Notes: generated by a model from the letters alone, not told the origin. A stretch of 63,949 nucleotides of DNA, filler included, from Intoshia linei (GCA_001642005.1; 4 parts of 4 records of this genome joined end to end with filler, not necessarily neighbours in it), one strand, 5' to 3'. Numbered from the whole stretch's first letter, positions 20,073 to 33,900 are shown. Numbers and translations are program-made.

Positions 20073-23000
20073 ATGAAATTTATTATTCTATTGTCAATTT
20101 TTACATTTGTCCACCAAATTTTTTTAGACAATCCTACAAATATTGGAATTGAATATATTGAACAGAAAATTTTGAAATATCAAAATAAGATTAAAAATAA
20201 AACCATCAGTTATCAAAAAACTGAGAAATTCCAATTTAAAGACAAAAATCATCCATGTTTTGACCATTATAGATATTCTAATGGTGTCGCTTTCAAAAAG
20301 CATGACAAATTTGGATACAATCAGAAAGGTACTTTGTATTATATTTTTAGGTCATTTTATGGTTAATTTTGGAATTTAACTGTTTTTTAAAACTACAAAA
20401 AATTTATATTTTGTGTCAATAATAAATTTTTCAGTTTTGAGAAAATCGTACTGAGAAATTAAATTGAATTGAATTGAATGTAAATTTTAACGTATTATCG
20501 CACCATCGTAATATTTTTTAACATAAAGTCTGATAAATCATTTATCAATATTCGCCGGGTAAAACCAACTCTGAGAGTCGTTCTAATATAGCAGTTCTCA
20601 AGCTAATTAGTAGCTGAAACCCTCGTTCTGATTTTTCAATTGGTAACATAGAGATCTAATGACGTAAAGTATCTACCAGTGCACGACAGCGGTTAAGATA
20701 CTTTATCAGGGAACGTGGAAAGGCAAGAGTGGGCCGGGCCAGATGAAAATTTAAAAAAATGTATAGTTCTTTTATCACATTTTTAACTTTTTTTTATGGT
20801 CGCTTTGCTGGAATAAAAGAATTTCGCAGCATCATACGTAAAATTATTCTAACATCATCTATTAATTTAGAATCGTACGTATGAATATGATCTAGCTACA
20901 CTAACTTGCGTACCTACCATACTCCGAAAATCAAAAATAGACCCCCTAACTCTCTATAAATTGCTAAATCGATCCTTTATTATTTAAAAATTAAAAACAA
21001 CCGTTAGAAATTTTTTTGATCAACATAAAAATGAAATAATTTTGGTATACTTAAGAAATTTCCAACATTACTTTTTAATAAATTTAAAAAATGTGCCTCT
21101 CTCCACATCCCTGTGTATAATTGATAATTAATTTTTAGTGTATAATTTTTATGATATTTGGAAAATTTCAAACACGACATCGTGTTCTCATTAAAAAGTA
21201 TAATCTTTATCCTCTGGCTACTTTTGTTAGTTTTAATCAGTGGTTGCCAAACCGTGCGCCGCGATGCTTTAGTGCAATCATTCTCAACGGGTCCACAGCA
21301 ATTTTTTGGGTCTATGAAAAATTTTATATAAGTAAACAATTCAATATCTGTGTGTATTACCGTATATTTAAAAAATTAAAATTAAAACATGTATCAACAT
21401 TTTTTCGGATTGCTATTTATGATGATGCTTATAATTTTAAAAATTATCACAGAATTTAGTTTTTTAAAAATTGTGGACTTTTTTTATTTTTGAAAAAAAG
21501 GTTAATTTAGGGGTTTGAATATGAAAATTTAAGTTTATGAGGCTAAGATTTACACCCATGTAATGACTTTCAAATTCGTTCAATAGTATATGCTTTTTTA
21601 AATATTAGCGCTGATTTTATTTTTAAAACAATAAAATTGGTCTTTGACAGTGAAGAACTTAATTTCGGAAAATAAAATTTGCTATAATGCATCACTCTAG
21701 AAAAATTGATTATCAAGTCGGTTTTTTAAATAAACGGTAACACACACATTAAATTATATAAGTAATGGATGTAATTTATATATTTTTTTGGGTCCACAGC
21801 AAAAACGGGTTGAGAATGCCTGTTTTAGTGCGTCACGATATTTTTAACAATAATTCAAAATTGAATAAATTAATAAAAAATACGGGGTGATTAATTTATA
21901 ATTTTCAACACATGTTTGTTTAAGACAAATAAATAACCCCTCGTTTTGTAGAGTCATTCTAATAATGCTTAAACATTTGGGTCCATTTTTTTTGGGACTA
22001 TTTCATCAAACCTCATTCAAATTTTTTGGAAAACTCGATTTAAAGTGTTAATAAAATTTTTTTACATATTGGGTGCGCCCCAAATGTTTCATTAATTTTG
22101 ATGTGCCGCAACAGTTAAAAGTTGGGAACCACTGGTGTGAATGCATTTAATGTCTATGGGTCATTTTAATTTTTTAATGTGAAAGCTCAATGAGTGAATA
22201 ATTTAAAAAATTGAATTACTGTTTCGTACTAATTTAAATTTTAAACTGATTCAAAATTATCGGATATGGTTGGTAGAGTTTTGAACTGTAAATTGTTAAT
22301 TTTTATTTAAAATGTCGATAAGGTTTTGGGTTAAATAGTTTACTAAGAAGTATAGAGTTTTTTAATGGAAAGTAATTCATTTTTTAATCACTAAATTAAA
22401 TAATTAGAGTAATTAAAAGTAGTGAAGTTATCGATAAACAATATTATTTATGGGATTAGCCTATAAATAACACTTAAGATAATTAGTTATAAACATTTTA
22501 AAGAAATAAAAACTAAATGATAAAGATAAATAAATAATGTACATTGTACATGAAATACTAATGATTAATGAAATTAACTAAAATTGAAACATGAATCGTG
22601 ATAAATCGTTAAATTGAACGTTAATGTTATATCTACAATCTACTTTTAAAAGAATTTTCAGTTTGGTGTCATGAAAACAATGGTGTCAAACGGTGACTGG
22701 GATTATTATGATAATAACATCTAATTATAATTTTGTGTATGAATCCAATTTAAAAGTTTGCAATTCAACACGAGTTAATTTGGTGTAATCAATCAGTTTA
22801 TATCGCCTGCGGCTAACCTCTTGTCCCAGTAAATAGATTGTCAGATATTTTAATTTATGATAAATTGATTTTTAGATTCAAATCAATTCGAATCGACTAT
22901 AGTAGAGTTGATTCCTATAAACAATACTGGATGGATAAAAAGTCCAAATTTTCCTTTCAAATACCCCCACAATGTCAATATTAAATATCGAATTAAGCTT

Positions 23001-26000
23001 AATTTTTTAAAAAACAATTTGGTACCGAAAATCTGTTGGTTGTTTCGTGCCTTTTCAATGGAAAATACAAATTATTGCACATATGATTATCTCAAAATCA
23101 ACAATATAAAATACTGTGGAAATGGAACTTCCGAATATGAATCTAATGATGAATTGTCCAAAAATTATGATCCATCTCAAAACGTTTGGAATTTATGTCG
23201 TAATTTTTACTTTTTTTTTTATAAATTTGTATGTTGTATTTATATTTATATTTATATTTATTTTTGACATTTTAAATCACATTTCGTGATAATTTGATTT
23301 TATTAATTACTAACAAAAGAACTAAACTATTTGGTCACGTCTGATTTGCTATTTACAAAAATATATCTTGCTTTGTTGTCGCACGTCGAATAGCACTTCG
23401 ATGTGTGTTTGTTTGTATACTAATACTAATTAACAGTATCATGTCCCTTGTTATTTTCAATTAATTTTGTTCTATTCAAGCGTAATTAATAGTAGTCTCT
23501 TATAAATATTAATTAAAATTGAATTATTGGTAATATTACAAAACTGTTTTTTTATTTTAATTAAAAACATTTGCCATTGGAAATGCGATATCGTCAGGTT
23601 GTAAATTTATAAGGTTGTGAATTTTAAAATTCTAAAGAAAGTAATAAATTAATATCATTGATCTTTATGTGGAGCCAATAGTATTGATTGATTTATATAT
23701 TTAAAATTTAATTGTTACATTTAGACGTTGTTCAAACGAAATACGTAGACGTAGTGTTTCATACCGATAACTCAAATAGCCAAACAGGATTTTATGCAAA
23801 ATATATAATTTTTGAAAAAAAACCTAATCTGCAATCCATTATTCCCGGTAATTTAAAATTTAATACTTATATACAAATTTTAAGTGAGCATCTGTCATGT
23901 TTAATCATTTCGCTACACTTATTTCGTGACTATAAATAAAAAAGCGATCAATATCCATTTTATCACAGTCCCAATGGCGTCCAGCTTGGTATTGTATTGT
24001 TGGAATGTGATGAATAAACTATTAATTTCGGTTCATTTGATTTTAATGAGTATGTTGCACTTGAAATTACTTATTAACATTCGGATTATAATTAAATCTG
24101 AAAAGAGACTGTCAATCATGCAATAAATGGCTTGATCAACTGTACCTAATCTGACACATTTAATTTTCAGACTAAGTTTTGCATTAACTAATTTTTTTTC
24201 TAGTTACCAACTACCAATCCAATGATTTTGTCTGCTTTGATAGAAAAAAGACTTTATCTTTTGATCATGTTTGCAACGGAATTGTTGATTGCGATGATGG
24301 CTCAGATGAGGATAATTATATTGTTAAATGTGGAGGTAACTTTTAAATAATTAATGAGTATCCAACCGTTCGCAATTAGTTGAATAATTAAATTTTATTA
24401 ACAAAACAATTTAATTAATGTTGCTAAACGCCTTTTAATCTATGGATTAATTTAAATTCATTCATCCATTATTTCAACATCACAATTCAAATAATTCGCG
24501 TTTTGAGCGGTATTTGGTGTAAAAACTTTTTTACTATTGACCTGTAATATATCATAAATTCAAGCATTTATCGAAATCGTTTTTCGTCCTTTTAATTAAT
24601 CTTATTGTTTTAAAATACCTTAATCATTAAGGCTTAATGTATTTCATTTTCCCAATTTTAATTAAATCATTGTATTATTGTAGCAGTGGTTCTCAACCTC
24701 TATTTATAATTCCCTCCTTTTACCCACGAGTGGGTAATTTGATATTTTTTATGGGTAATCGCGAAATTTTTTTATTTTTTTGCGTCGCATACACAGTAAC
24801 GTATAAAATATAATTTTTGCTAAATGATATAATAATGTAGTAATGTAATAAATGGATATTATTTATAAAATTTTAAAATCGAAAAAAATGGTTAAGACCC
24901 CAATATGTATTCTTTGCTTGTATAAAATTGAATGTGTGTATTGTATTTATTTAAAAAATTAAATATCTAGAATTTAAAAAAATAGTCTGAGTAATATCAA
25001 AATAACTACTATAAAATGGGTAATGTAGAAAAAAGGTTGGGAAACACTGCACTACACAATTAAACTAAAATAATTTTTTCTTCCCTAATATCCCTTTTTA
25101 CAAATTTACACCCTATAAAAATATTACATAATTCCTCCCTAGGAGCCACTTGGTTCACCGTTGAGAATGACTGGTATATGGGACGGATCGTCTATAAATT
25201 TTAAAAAAGTGAGATTTTACTAGAAACGCTGCCATTTATATATTCCAGACCGAATTATGACAAAATAAACCAATTTAAAAAATGTATAGTTTTTGCTGAC
25301 ACATTTTTCTAACTTTTGATTTAACCTGAGAAAAGTTTCTAGGTTAGAAATTTTTTATTCTATTATAAAAAAAAATCCAACATGTATCTGACAAACCTTA
25401 TAGTGGTATTTATGGAACTTTGGTACAAAAATAATGTAAGCCGATATTGGTTAAATTGTGGTGCCGAAACAATTTTCACTTTTTTGTATTGAAAATTTAG
25501 TTAAACCTAGTTAAATCATTTTTTCTATAAAAAAATGTTTATGATCCAATACAAATTGTGAAACGGATGATAAATTGTGGTAATAAAAATATTATTGTCG
25601 TATAACGTGCAATTTGATATGTTAAATTAACTTGTTTTAGCTAAAAAATATAGGATAAATAATACAAAATCTAAGTCAAAAAAATTTAAAAAAATTTTAT
25701 ACTAAATCTTAAATAGAGGTGATCAATGACTATGTATAACGGTTTGAAAATTTTATTTTATACTTACATTTGTAAGTATGCATTTATATAATTTTTAAAT
25801 TTATTTTTTTAGAAGAAAACATATTCTCCTGTTCATTTAAGCAAAAGTATATTTTATTTAAAATAATATGAATTTTTTTGTAGTTATATGAATAATGGTT
25901 GGTGTGGATTTGTGGTATTGAAGGGTAATTGGAACAGATCTCAAAACGATGAAACTTTACATGATGAATTTACTTATAAATGTAATTTTATTTAAATAAG

Positions 26001-27824
26001 TGTGTATATCAATATATTTTAGCCAATTATATATTTACCAATACAAATGGAAAAATACGGAGTAGAAAACTTAATTTTAAAAAAATTAAACCAAAATCTT
26101 GTCTGACATTATACTATTACGTCAAAAGTAAATTGAATACATCTGGTACAGTTGTGACTAATACAATAGTGTCTATTTACGTAAATTCTAATAATTATAC
26201 GGATTATCGAAACTCTAATCCGGTGCATGACAGATGGATACCCATTAACATTAATTTGTTAGATGAGTCCTTTTTATACATTACCGTTAATGTAAATATC
26301 GGAAACAATGTTGAATTTATTAGTTTTGATGAAATTAGCCTATCTAGCGATACTTGTATACCTGAATATGGTGATTTGATGCCATGTACATTTGACAAAA
26401 ATTCTTGCAATTGGATTTCAAACGGACAATCAAACAACGGCCATGCAATTTTAAACAAATCAAATTTACAATTTTATACATTGCCCATTTCATATTTCCA
26501 GCAGTGTAGTAGTCTCCAAAAAACTGAAAAATATTGTATTCAAATTAGGTACAAATTTGTTGGTAAAGTTCCACGTCAATGCAGAAAATCTCAAAAATTG
26601 TATGTGAATATAGTTTACTATTCAACAGACAAGAATAATAAAAGAATCATTATTCGATTCGAATATACAGAAAATTGGACAATAAAACTTGTCGACATTA
26701 TTTCTACTTCAATTTTTAGAATGTGGCTTTCTTTTATTGATGAATCAAATTCTCCATTTGATGGAGACTGTAAAATTGAGATCGATGATGTTCAAATAAA
26801 TTATAGTAATTGTAAGGTCAATGTACCATGTCCAGAAAATTATCATTCTTGTGATAACAATACCATGTGCTTGGAAAAAAATGTAATTTGTGACGGAACT
26901 TTTGACTGTCTGGATAAAACTGATGAATATAATTGCATACTTGATAGTCAGCCTATCCAAAAAATTGAAGAGAAACAAGTGGACTTTTGTCCCCCAAATA
27001 ATTTCCAATGCAGTTCAGGTAAATGCATAAGCAATATCTTTGTTTGTGATGGCAAAAATGACTGCAGTGATACAAGTGATGAATCTCAATATCTCGGGTG
27101 TAATTTGGATTTAAATTTTAATAAAATATTCAATGTGACATGTTCAAAAGGGTTTGTCAGATGCAGCACTCCTGAAGATAATGGACAATTCAAATGTGTC
27201 AATGAATGGAATATTTGTGATGGGATTTTTGATTGTTTTGATCGTTCAGATGAGATTTTTAATGGAAAGTATTGTTCTGAAATTGATCTCGGAAAAGAAG
27301 AGAAGAAAACAAAAGTTAGCCTATTTTATAGCTTGGGTGCTGCTAGTCTTTTCTTGTTATTGGCTATTTTTACTGTCATTGTAATCACGATGTATAAAAA
27401 AAGAAACAAGCAACGTTTTATTAAAAGTGTTGGAAGCAGCGGAATCACAGATATTGTTACGTCTAACGAAGAAATTAATCATTCTCTGTTTAAACCGAAA
27501 AATGGTGTGACAGACGCTACTCACAATGAATCAGTAAACCCTAATCCAAGATTACACCCTTATTTAACCAATCACATTTATAAAAATTGTATAAATTCAA
27601 ATCTACCAACTCTACCTTTTAATCATAGTTATTTTTCACCTCAATTTAAACCTCCAAATCCATTCCAACAAAACCAAACACCTCCACCACCTGCACCTGC
27701 TCCAGATTCTGGCATGGAAAGTTTACATAATGATCCATTCAAAAAATCTAAGATGACACTAAACCTTTACGAAGATATATATGATTTACCTACGACTAAT
27801 TTTTCATCCCTTTCAATCGTATAA
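20073..27824 (+). CDS. Single-pass receptor-like protein: signal peptide-CUB-LDLa-MAM-MAM-LDLa x3-TM-cytoplasmic tail, 7 coding exons, ~922 aa
   Basis: Exons 20073-20328, 22876-23199, 23725-23847, 24204-24335, 25813-25846, 25884-25981, 26023-27824 join in frame (2769 nt). Signal MKFIILLSIFTFVHQ; CUB (GWIKSPNFP..CTYDYL..YCG..VFHTDNS..GFYAKY); LDLa (CNGIVDCDDGSDE, CDGTFDCLDKTDE, CDGKNDCSDTSDE, CDGIFDCFDRSDE); MAM (CSF..WCGF..ISFDEISLSSDTC; CTFDKNSCNW..IEIDDVQINYSNC); TM LGAASLFLLLAIFTVIVITM then YKKR. Confidence 0.9.
21238..22134. mobile_element. Triple-nested MITE cluster in the first coding intron of the CUB-MAM receptor gene
   Basis: Outer CAGTGGTTGCCAA..TTGGGAACCACTG; middle 21275-21822 CAATCATTCTCAAC..GTTGAGAATGCCTG with TSD ctttagtg/ttttagtg; inner 21349-21748 TGTGTGTATTACCGT..ACGGTAACACACACA. 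Confidence 0.85.
24684..25173. mobile_element. Composite hAT MITE remnant
   Basis: CAGTGGTTCTCAAC start, internal second right end GGTTGGGAAACACTG at ~25049, terminal GTTGAGAATGACTG; no matching TSD. Confidence 0.65.
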
Positions 27825-29529
27825 TCTTGCTGTATTGTAATTTATTTTTTTGCTGGAAAAAAAACACCATTAAATTGTTTTATACTTTTTTATCATTTAC
27901 CTGTTACATATTATTATTAATATAAAGTTAACATTTATAATAATTGATTCTAGCCCAAAATTGTATAGTTTTGTACAAATTAGTAAATACAGTCTAATCC
28001 AGGCATTCCCAAATTGGAAAAAGGGGATTTTTTATTTTGGGTTTTGGATTAAGAAGTTGTTGCTCATAAAATTTAGTAAAATTGGGTTTTTCAAAAAAAT
28101 ATATTGGAATTGTAAGTTTCGTAGTCGTCGTAAAAGTAAACGCCGTAAATGTATCGGTTTATGGTAAATGTCGATTTTTTTCAGAGCGGTTTGTGAAATG
28201 TTATTTTGATTAACAAATTTTAAATTTAAAATTTTATTAATGGTGGAATTAAAGTGGAATTCTTGAAATAATAATGTTGCGCTCATCTAGACTTTGGCAT
28301 AAATTCTCAACATCTGGAAATTTTGTAATAAATATTAAAAATTCTTCTATAAAAATAAACAAAATTTGTAAAAATTTTTCTATAATTTATTTAAATCTAA
28401 CAGAGTGCTAGGCTTATAGTTTTGGAGCCCAAGGTGTCCAGGGACCCAATCGGGAACCACTGGTCTAAGAAAAGGATGGAAAATATATTTGAATTTAAAA
28501 AATACATTAGACTATAAATAATTAGACTGCGTAACAGCATATTACTTGATTCCAGATTAAATGATATTATTGACTCTATTACACCAAATTTAGATATTAA
28601 CTCGTCTCTATCTACTCTGATCAATAGATGTGATTTTCAATATTTTAATTAACACATTTAACTGTGAAACTGTTATGACTATTACATTGCATTTATATTT
28701 CATTTGACTACTACAAAATCGACTTCCTACTTTAATACACTTAGTACATGTAATACTGTAGTAGAGAGTATGTAGTATCATAGATAATTAACAATTATAT
28801 TATAATATACTTGTGTAAATTCAATATGTTTGCAGATACATCTACTCATCTCTTGGTCTAATTACTTCATTACATACAACTTGGAGTAAAATGTATTGAT
28901 ATATTTATATTAATTGCTAAAATATTAGAATATAATTTGGTACTTCAATAATTATTATTAGACTAAGTCAATATTTTAAAATATAAATTAAATAATATAT
29001 TAAACACTTTTTTAATGAACATACATAATGTATATGTCGTATAGAATGTGTACAACTGTGAAATGTACACATTCCACGGGCAAGTCGTAGAATGTACACT
29101 AGGGTGTCACATTTTTTGGAAAATTTTAGAATTCGATGGGCAATTAGCACTAAAAGCGTGTATTTTTAAAATAGAAAAACTAATTCGCAATCAAAAATAT
29201 TTAACGCTATCTATTCAAGTTGCGTTTGTCATTTTTTTAACGGAAATCGGCGTTTAAGCTTTTAAACGTGGTACCGCCTTTATAATACTGTTTTCCATGT
29301 TTAGTTATACAGTTTATTGTTGTAAATTTGTTTCTAGCTCAATTTTTTTGGATTTTATTAGCGATTTAATTTCTCGAATTCTGGTTATTTACAATATAAT
29401 AAATTCATTCAAATACAAGNCGTCCGAAAAAATAACCTATAAAATTACAAATTAGGTGGTTTTTTATTAATTAATACAAAATTAATGAATATAATATAAT
29501 ACAATTTATTTTAACTTATTAATAAATAA

Positions 29530-29970
29530 CCTCATTCCAATTTTCACGACTTTTTGCCCATAAAAACCTTGTTTTTTTCATTCTCTCAATAAAAAGGGGT
29601 TTTCTTGTTTTTCGGTAAGATGTGTAAGCTGCTTCCAATAGTCTACGATTAACAGTTAATCTTGACACATTAACATTTTGAGTTTGTAATTTTCCATAGA
29701 TTTTAGCGCAGCTAGAATTTCTATTTTCTATAGCTGTTCTGAGTATAACTCGGTCTGTTCTTTGATTCGTGGATTTTTTTTACCATACTTTTTTCTGTAT
29801 AAATTACTACTTTGTTGAGATTTCGACATATTTTTTTTTATTATAATGGATACAGTTGACTGAGACACACCACACATGTCTGCAATTTTGTGTTGACTGT
29901 AATCAGATTTTTCTAGCAATAAGATTACATGATTTTTTGTTTGGGAAAAAATATCCTTACTTTTGCCCAT
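29530..29970 (-). pseudogene. Tc1 transposase N-terminal remnant (two HTH regions, frameshifted, no DDE)
   Basis: MGKSKD..YSQHKIADMCGVSQSTVSIIIKK, then after a frameshift TDRVILRTAIENR..VSRLTVNRRLLEAAYTSYRKTRKPLF..KKTRFLWAKSRENW. Confidence 0.85.
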
Positions 29971-30870
29971 TTTAAATTAACAAATTTTGAATTTTAAAAT
30001 TAAATTTCTGAAAGAGAACAATGTTAAGAATTACAATTTAACTAATATATGTAACTAGCAGGTCGATAAATCGGATTATTATGATATTTCTTCACTATGA
30101 TACATATTTTTTAAATACGCAATTTTTCGCGTATGCACTTAAATCCATACTTACTACGTGTACATTACTTTTGAAAACATAATAATATTTCTAATCGATG
30201 TAATACTTATCGGTAGTACTTATTTAGATCAAACATTTTTTATAGGTTATAATATACAAAAGATATGAGGATAAATATAAAATTTTTACAATTATTATAA
30301 TCTTATGATTAACTCTGTATACTAGGGTGTCACATTTTTTGGAAAATTTTAGATTTCGATGGGCAATTAGCACTAAAAATGTGTATTTTAAAAATAGAAA
30401 AACTAATTCGCAATCAAAAATATTTAACGCTATCTATTCGAGTTGCGTTTGTCATTTTAAATATCACTGTATAAATATTATGAAGAAATTAAAACTGAAC
30501 TTTATTTTAACGTAAATCGTCGTTTGAACTTTTAAACGTGGTACCGCCTTTATAATACTGTTCTCCATGTTTAGTTATACAGTTTATTTTATTAAATTTG
30601 TTTCTAGCTCAATTTTTTTTGGATTTTATTAACGATTTAATTTCTCGAATTCTGGTTATTTACAATATAATAAATTCATTCAAATACAAGACATTTACGA
30701 TCTTGTTAATCATGTTTGCAAAAATAAACTCATGTTTGCAGCAATGAAGTCATGTTTGCAATGAATATGGTCAATACAGAGATTCCATAATATATTAAAA
30801 TTTATTAGATATTTTCTGTTAAAATAACTTTTAAGTCATTTTTAAGAAGCACAAATTAAATTAATCTTTC

Positions 30871-30970
30871 NNNNNNNNNNNNNNNNNNNNNNNNNNNNNN
30901 NNNNNNNNNNNNNNTTAATTAATTAANNNNNNNNNNNNNNNNNNNNNNNNNNNNNNNNNNNNNNNNNNNN
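30871..30970. other. Artificial contig linker
   Basis: Exactly 44 N + TTAATTAATTAA (stops in all six frames) + 44 N. Confidence 0.97.
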
Positions 30971-33900
30971 AGATCCTTCCACTTTGTAAAAGATGATATT
31001 TTTATCAGTAAAATTGTTAAATATCATTGGGAAATTTCCAGATACAATAATATTATGACAAACAAAAATAGATTCACAACATTTATATTTTCTGTACACA
31101 ATTATTGTCAAACACAATCAATGATTAAGTGACGACTTTACGGTCAAAAAAATATTTTAGTATTCATATATTTTTTTTCCGAAATATTTTATTAAAACAA
31201 AAAATGAGAAATAATTAACGGTCCGAAAATTAAAAAAAATTAGATTATTTTGATAGAGCTTATTCCAGCTGATATAAATATAAAAGTTTAACTCGACAAA
31301 TCTATGCATTCCCGATGAAAAAAAATTTTTAATATATTATAATATATATAATATGATAATTATAAACCAATATTTTGCAAATATTTCGATTAACATAAAA
31401 TACTAATTGAAAATGTAAATATTGATCTTACAATTTCAAAAAAAATGTGCATTGAACGCATACAAATTTTCAATAAAGAAATATGGGTCAAAATCTATAT
31501 AATTTATTTCTTCGGAATGATTTTTCATTGCTACGCAATTTTTAAATTTCAAATTTTCATTTTCCAAACATTTTGAACAACATCTAAGGTAACGAATTTA
31601 TAAAAGTTTTGATACTAACTTAATTTGAACATGCTAAAAAAAAATTTCAAAATTTCAAAAAAATAAATTAAAAAAATGGGATTATAATTGTTTTTAAAAT
31701 TCTATACGCAAATGTTAACAAAACAAAATTAAGATGGAATAATTCACTTTAAAGTAAAAAGTAATGTGATATGACAGTTCTATTTGAAACAAATTTGGGA
31801 ACCACTCTTTTAAAGTATGGATAATAGTGAATAGTAGGATTTGTAAGTTAAATTTTTTACGTTAATTTAATTTTTTGGTATAATAAAAAAGTGCCCTCGG
31901 CAGAGCTAGGTGCTGTTTGTACGTAGTACAAAACTGCCAAGCTAGTCAATATATAATCTATATTGTAGATTAAGAGCACTAAGGACAATTGGTCTTTTTG
32001 ACCCGTAAGATGTGAGTTTAGAAGGTTTAAATTTATTTTGCTAACACCCGGAAAAAACTGTAATTGAAATGTGGACTTTATAAAATTATAAGATGGGTAG
32101 TTAATTGAATAAAGTGGAACACACACACAAACAAAAATCGCGTAGCATATTATATAAGGATTTCAGGTGAATTTTACCAATATTGCAAAGTATTGTAATA
32201 AATATAAATATGATAATAAAGTTGTTTTACTTTTAGTAATTCGCTGGATAAAAGTGAATTATTCCTTTTAGGGTTGATAACACTGAATTTATTCATTTAA
32301 GGTTGGTAAAAGTGAATTATTCCTTTTAAGTTTAGTAAAACTGGATTTTTCCCTTAAGGGTTGGTAAATTTTGATTTTTAGTAAAAATGGTTGGATTTAA
32401 GTAGACTTTCTTTTTTAATTATAAAAAGGGTACTTTAAGTTTTTTAAATAAATGGTGGTCATAGGCAGACAGACGCACATTTTTAGATTTTTACTTTATG
32501 TTAGTATGTAACATTAATTATCCACAATAAATATGCAATCCCTGTAATGTCTCTTTAAACATAAATGTGAATACCTCATATTTAAATTGTTTATTTTAGT
32601 GATTAAAATTGCAAAAATAACAATTTTAAAGACATTAATATCAATGAATATTTTCAATAGAAGGGTGATTATACTGGAGGTTGTTCTTCTTTTAATTCAT
32701 TGATATTTATGCTACATCTAAATGTAACCTTTGTGATTAATTTTATTTAAAAAGAAAATCATTTCTTTAAACCAGGTAAAATTAGAATATAATAAGCTCT
32801 TGTATTGAGTGCAAGTCAGAATTTGTGACATAATATATTGAAATACATAAATATTTGTACAATACACAAGGTATATTTTACATGGAATAATTATCTTTTG
32901 TAAAATTTTAACATGTAGGATATCTGAATAAAGGTTTTGCAGACTGCAACTTATTTATAGTTACACATTTATTGCGTAATGTCAAAATGCTGTATTGGCC
33001 ACTTGTACTGTATATATATAGATTTATTGGTTAAACTACAGAATTAGGTAATATTAAATGATACATTTAATAGTTTGCATATCTACGACAAATTTAGTCT
33101 TTTTATATAAAACTATAGAATTATTGATTTCCATAAAAAACCATTTACATTTTGCTTATTTAATATTGAATCTACAATTTGTCATCTTATATTTCACTTT
33201 TTGTTCACGATTATATTTTTTCAGGTAATCTTTTAAATTTTAGTTATTTTAATCGTATGTAAATTAATTTTAACATTTATTAATCTTTTGTTTTGTTAAT
33301 TGTTATGTTGTAAAATATAAAAGTTTTATTTATTACATACACTCCAATATCGTAAATATTGATGCGTAATCATTACTAATGATCATTATGTATCCGTTTA
33401 TTTATATGTATAACCATTTAAAACTACATCAATGGTCACCGTATTTTTTATATTACGTATGTGTATATTTATCGTAGGTATTTGTATAGTTAAATTGTGA
33501 CGTACTTGTACTTGAATGTATTTCTAAATCTACCGATTGTAAATGATGTCATAAAATGTGTGCAATAGATAGATAGATCAAAAATTTTTATTAATATTTA
33601 AATACATATATAGTACATATGTAAACCATTTAAAGCTTTTTATCATTATATCCATCTAATTGAGTTACTTCATTTCCGACTTTATGACGTAAATTTGAAT
33701 TAAGATACAAAGTAGATTACCATTACATCAATTTTGTTTAAATTCATAATATTCAATATGTATTAATATTTACATAATACATGTATGTATGCTATTTCAT
33801 ATTTTTTGTATATGAAATAATAATTTGGTTAGTTGGTTATTCTGAGTCAAAGTTTTATATAAATAACGCGAATATCGAAAATTTGGTAAAATGTAAATTT

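Noticed and set aside
29097-30690. Direct repeats (29097-29419, 30320-30690) flanking a Tc1 remnant as an LTR-like or composite element
   Set aside because: The first copy ends exactly at an N (29420), there are no TG..CA ends or retroelement genes, and both are TAGGGTG-type MITE ends. Assembly artefact or independent copies.
30871-30970. TTAATTAATTAA palindrome inside N runs (also 55703-55802 and 60467-60566) as a biological motif
   Set aside because: The identical 44+12+44 layout with six-frame stops is a synthetic contig joiner. Gene neighbourhoods across it are unreliable.
31885-31912. gtgccctcggcagagctagg as a Helitron 3' end
   Set aside because: The hairpin is only 3 bp and CTAG is followed by G, not the expected T, in both copies (also 1931-1952).
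33495-33695. Cluster of CRE-like TGACGT and scattered AP-1 TGAGTCA motifs
   Set aside because: Short motifs with no conservation or functional data; cannot be distinguished from chance.
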